Source of the DNA: Bacteroidia bacterium | Lineage (GTDB): Bacteria; Bacteroidota; Bacteroidia; AKYH767-A; OLB10 | Direction: 5' to 3' | Length of the DNA: 64,000 nt | NCBI GenBank assembly: GCA_020847635.1 | Contig: JADLBQ010000022.1 | Coordinates: 37,850-101,849, forward strand | In this document: positions 61,578 to 64,000 of the stretch, piece after piece | Layout: each line of letters begins with the position of its first letter | Numbering within the stretch: the first letter of the stretch is position 1 | The notes under the pieces: generated by a model | Told to the model about the DNA's origin: nothing | Databases searched by the model: none | What the model saw: the letters and a program-made list of their open reading frames with translations, nothing else | Made by a program: the position numbers and the translations under genes

Positions 61578-63011
61578 TTATTTGGCTGATTGTAGAAAGG
61601 AAATTAATAGTCGCACACCAACTCCGGTAGCGTATTTGCCTCTGTAGCTGTCAGGCCGTTTAACGAAAGCCGGACCAGCAATGTCAAAATGAACAAAAGG
61701 ATAGTCGGTAAAATGGGCCAGGAATTTACCTGCCGTTATCGCCCCTCCGTCCCGTCCTCCAATATTTTTAATATCAGCAATGTCTGATTTTATTAACTCA
61801 TCATATTCATCCCAGAAAGGGAATTCAACCAGCCGCTCATAAACATGCTCTGCACAGCGGTTAAGCTTTTCTTTTATCCGGGAATCCGCATTTCCCATAA
61901 ATACAATTCCATAGGAGCCTATTGCTACAGCAGCCGATCCTGTAAGAGTTGAAAATTCAAGTACCAGCTTTGGATTATATTGTTTGGCATAATGCAGGGC
62001 ATCCGCCAGAATCATCCGGCCTTCAGCATCGGTATTTAAAACTTCAACAGTTTTACCACTATACATGGTAATAACATCCCCGGGTGTATAAGCATCACCT
62101 CCTGGGCGATTATCTGTTGATGGAATCAACCCCACAACATGAAGTGGTAATTTCATTTTTGCAACAGCAACCAAGGTACAGCCTACCGTTGCAGCTCCGG
62201 ACATATCGCACTTCATGTCTTCCATGCTGTTAGCTGTTGGCTTCAGGCTTAATCCTCCGGTATCATACACCACTCCTTTACCCACTAAAACATAAGGCTT
62301 TGAATTAACGGCATTTGAAGGCTTCCATTCCATTATTGTAAATGTAGGTGGAATTACACTTCCTTTATTAACTGCCAGCAATCCTCCCATTCCCAGTTTC
62401 TCAATTTTTGACTTATTTAATACTTCAACTGAAAGTCCGGCCTGTTTCCCCATTTGGCGAAATGCTGATGCAAGCTGCTCAGAGTTCAGGCTGTTTTGAG
62501 GTTCGTTAACCAGATCGCGCGCCCGACATACCGCTTCACAGGTAATGTTCATTTGTGAAATGTTTTCATCTTTTGCCTTCCTACTGTTAATAGCAATGGT
62601 TTTCAGTGTGTTACGTTCTTTCTCTGATTGAGTCCGGTATTTCAGAAACTGATAGTTTCCCAGAACAGCACCTTCGGCCAGTGCTAATGCTTCTATAAAA
62701 AAATCGCCAGCCTGAATATAAAGTATTTCGCCTTTGAGTTTATTTACCTGAGTTGCTATCCGATCACCGGCTTTGCGCATTGCTTCAAGAACTGCAGATT
62801 CTTGTTTTTTCTTTTTAATCAGCTGCACTGTTACCGTTCTGCGATATTGGTTTACAGTCACCGATTCATTGTCTTCGTTTAAACTCTTATGGATAAAATC
62901 CAGCTCTTCAGCAGTGAAGAATCCGGTATCCAGTTTTTTCTTTTCTTTGATCAGAATAACTACATGATTACCGGCCTCCGGTGCAGTTTGTCTTTTTATT
63001 ATTGCATTCAT
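61578..63011 (-). CDS. pepA: Leucyl aminopeptidase (M17)
   Basis: 477 aa with 'NTDAEGRMILADAL' and M17 catalytic-domain motifs. Confidence 0.85.
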   Translation of the reverse strand: MNAIIKRQTAPEAGNHVVILIKEKKKLDTGFFTAEELDFIHKSLNEDNESVTVNQYRRTVTVQLIKKKKQESAVLEAMRKAGDRIATQVNKLKGEILYIQAGDFFIEALALAEGAVLGNYQFLKYRTQSEKERNTLKTIAINSRKAKDENISQMNITCEAVCRARDLVNEPQNSLNSEQLASAFRQMGKQAGLSVEVLNKSKIEKLGMGGLLAVNKGSVIPPTFTIMEWKPSNAVNSKPYVLVGKGVVYDTGGLSLKPTANSMEDMKCDMSGAATVGCTLVAVAKMKLPLHVVGLIPSTDNRPGGDAYTPGDVITMYSGKTVEVLNTDAEGRMILADALHYAKQYNPKLVLEFSTLTGSAAVAIGSYGIVFMGNADSRIKEKLNRCAEHVYERLVEFPFWDEYDELIKSDIADIKNIGGRDGGAITAGKFLAHFTDYPFVHFDIAGPAFVKRPDSYRGKYATGVGVRLLISFLQSAK

Positions 63012-63171
63012 TACTGATTTGGTTTTTAGTGGCTGAAATTAACAGAAATTGGGAACTCAACAGATTACATGAAAATATTCAACTTTTCTTTTCCAGCAAT
63101 GAAAGTCCCGGGTCAAGATTCTTTAAGTAATGCGGATAGCTGAATAAAATCCGGATATGCTTGCTCCTGAA

Positions 63172-63684
63172 TCAGAATTGCAGTCTTCCGCTACCTGCAT
63201 ATCTTGCCTTATAATATGCGCTGTTGAGATCCGAAATAATGACGCCTCTGCTCCGGCTGCTGTGAACAAATTTATTATTACCCAGATAAATACCTACGTG
63301 TGAAATCCGCTTTTTATTGATTTTGAAAAACACCAGGTCACCTTCATCAAGTTCATCTTTCTTAACTCTTTTGGTTTGTGCAAATTGCTCTGCTGAGTTT
63401 CCCCCGAGAAAATAACCACATGCGCTCTTAAAAATTTCATTGACAAAGTTCGAACAGTCAATTCCGTGCAGTGTTTTACCGGCATAACGGTAAGGGGTAC
63501 CCAGCCATTGGATAATGATTTCATATAATTCAGGACTGAATATATGACCTGGCTGAAAGCCCAAAAGCTGTTCAAAATATTCCTTTTTAAAAGTTTCCTG
63601 ATCTTCCTGTTGGGTAGCTACATCTTGTGCAAGAAGCAAGGTTGAAGAGAAAAGAAGAAAAAAAATCAGAACTGGTTTTTTCAT
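63172..63684 (-). CDS. NlpC/P60 (C40) family cell-wall peptidase
   Basis: 170 aa with a signal peptide and a Cys ('GIDCSNFV') and His ('HVGIYLG') catalytic pair. Confidence 0.7.
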   Translation of the reverse strand: MKKPVLIFFLLFSSTLLLAQDVATQQEDQETFKKEYFEQLLGFQPGHIFSPELYEIIIQWLGTPYRYAGKTLHGIDCSNFVNEIFKSACGYFLGGNSAEQFAQTKRVKKDELDEGDLVFFKINKKRISHVGIYLGNNKFVHSSRSRGVIISDLNSAYYKARYAGSGRLQF

Positions 63685-63771
63685 GGCTGCAAAGCTACAT
63701 CTATTGAATGATCAGCATGTTCAATTTTAGCTGTTCGGCTCTTTGTTATGAACAGACAATTTTCAAGTCTG

Positions 63772-63846
63772 TGGGTATTACTGGATTCGAACCAGTGACC
63801 CCTACCCTGTCAAGGTAGTGCTCTGAACCAGCTGAGCTAAATACCC
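63772..63846 (-). tRNA. tRNA-Val (anticodon GAC)
   Basis: Hand-folded as a 75-nt cloverleaf. The acceptor is GGGTATT/AATACCC, the D-arm GCTC-AGCTGGTTCA-GAGC, the anticodon arm CTACC-TTGACAG-GGTAG, the T-arm ACTGG-TTCGAAT-CCAGT, and the discriminator is A. Confidence 0.8.
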
Positions 63847-64000
63847 CTGTCAAAGGGTGGCAAATATACAAGTTAGACTTCATGCAGAATCGGCCGGTCT
63901 GTTCACTTGTCCGTTGGTTGGTGTGCTTTTGTCTCTATTAATAAAATTAGTTTCTAGATATTGAATGATGTGGAATTCATTGAAAGGAGGATGCAGTTGA

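Noticed and set aside
1-64000. CRISPR arrays, IS elements/transposases, integrases, prophage genes
   Set aside because: I found no regularly spaced direct repeats and no ORFs with DDE, tyrosine-recombinase, serine-recombinase or phage structural signatures. The window looks like conserved chromosomal backbone.

Overview
This window reads as an AT-rich chromosomal segment from a Bacteroidota bacterium (gliding/T9SS lineage). It is gene-dense and mostly core genome. I could place about 40 CDSs and one tRNA.

Landmarks:
- A type IX secretion/gliding locus with the order porV-porU (minus strand), then porP/sprF-gldJ-murF (plus strand). This matches the arrangement I recall around gldJ in Flavobacterium johnsoniae.
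- Housekeeping genes: acnA, smc, rpsO-pnp with an intergenic hairpin, hflX, holA, dnaX, dinB, rplU-rpmA, pepA and a tRNA-Val(GAC).
- A free-standing nuoL-nuoM-nuoN cluster with no nuoA-K upstream.
- Three T9SS C-terminal-domain cargo proteins: a tandem-repeat propeller, a Cys-rich protein and an FG-GAP protein.

I found no CRISPR array, transposase, integrase or obvious defence island. The least-explained parts are:
- A minus-strand cluster at 1.8-3.4 kb of a UDG-superfamily protein, a DUF488-like protein and a DUF2945-like small protein.
- A family-less 332-aa ORF at 4673-5671.
- A membrane-anchored stand-alone GltB-domain protein.
- A YVTN beta-propeller lipoprotein with a CX4CH motif paired with the FG-GAP cargo.
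- A GC-richer, structured-looking stretch downstream of pnp.

All family assignments come from reading the translated ORFs, recognising motifs and recalling family hallmarks. No database search was possible.
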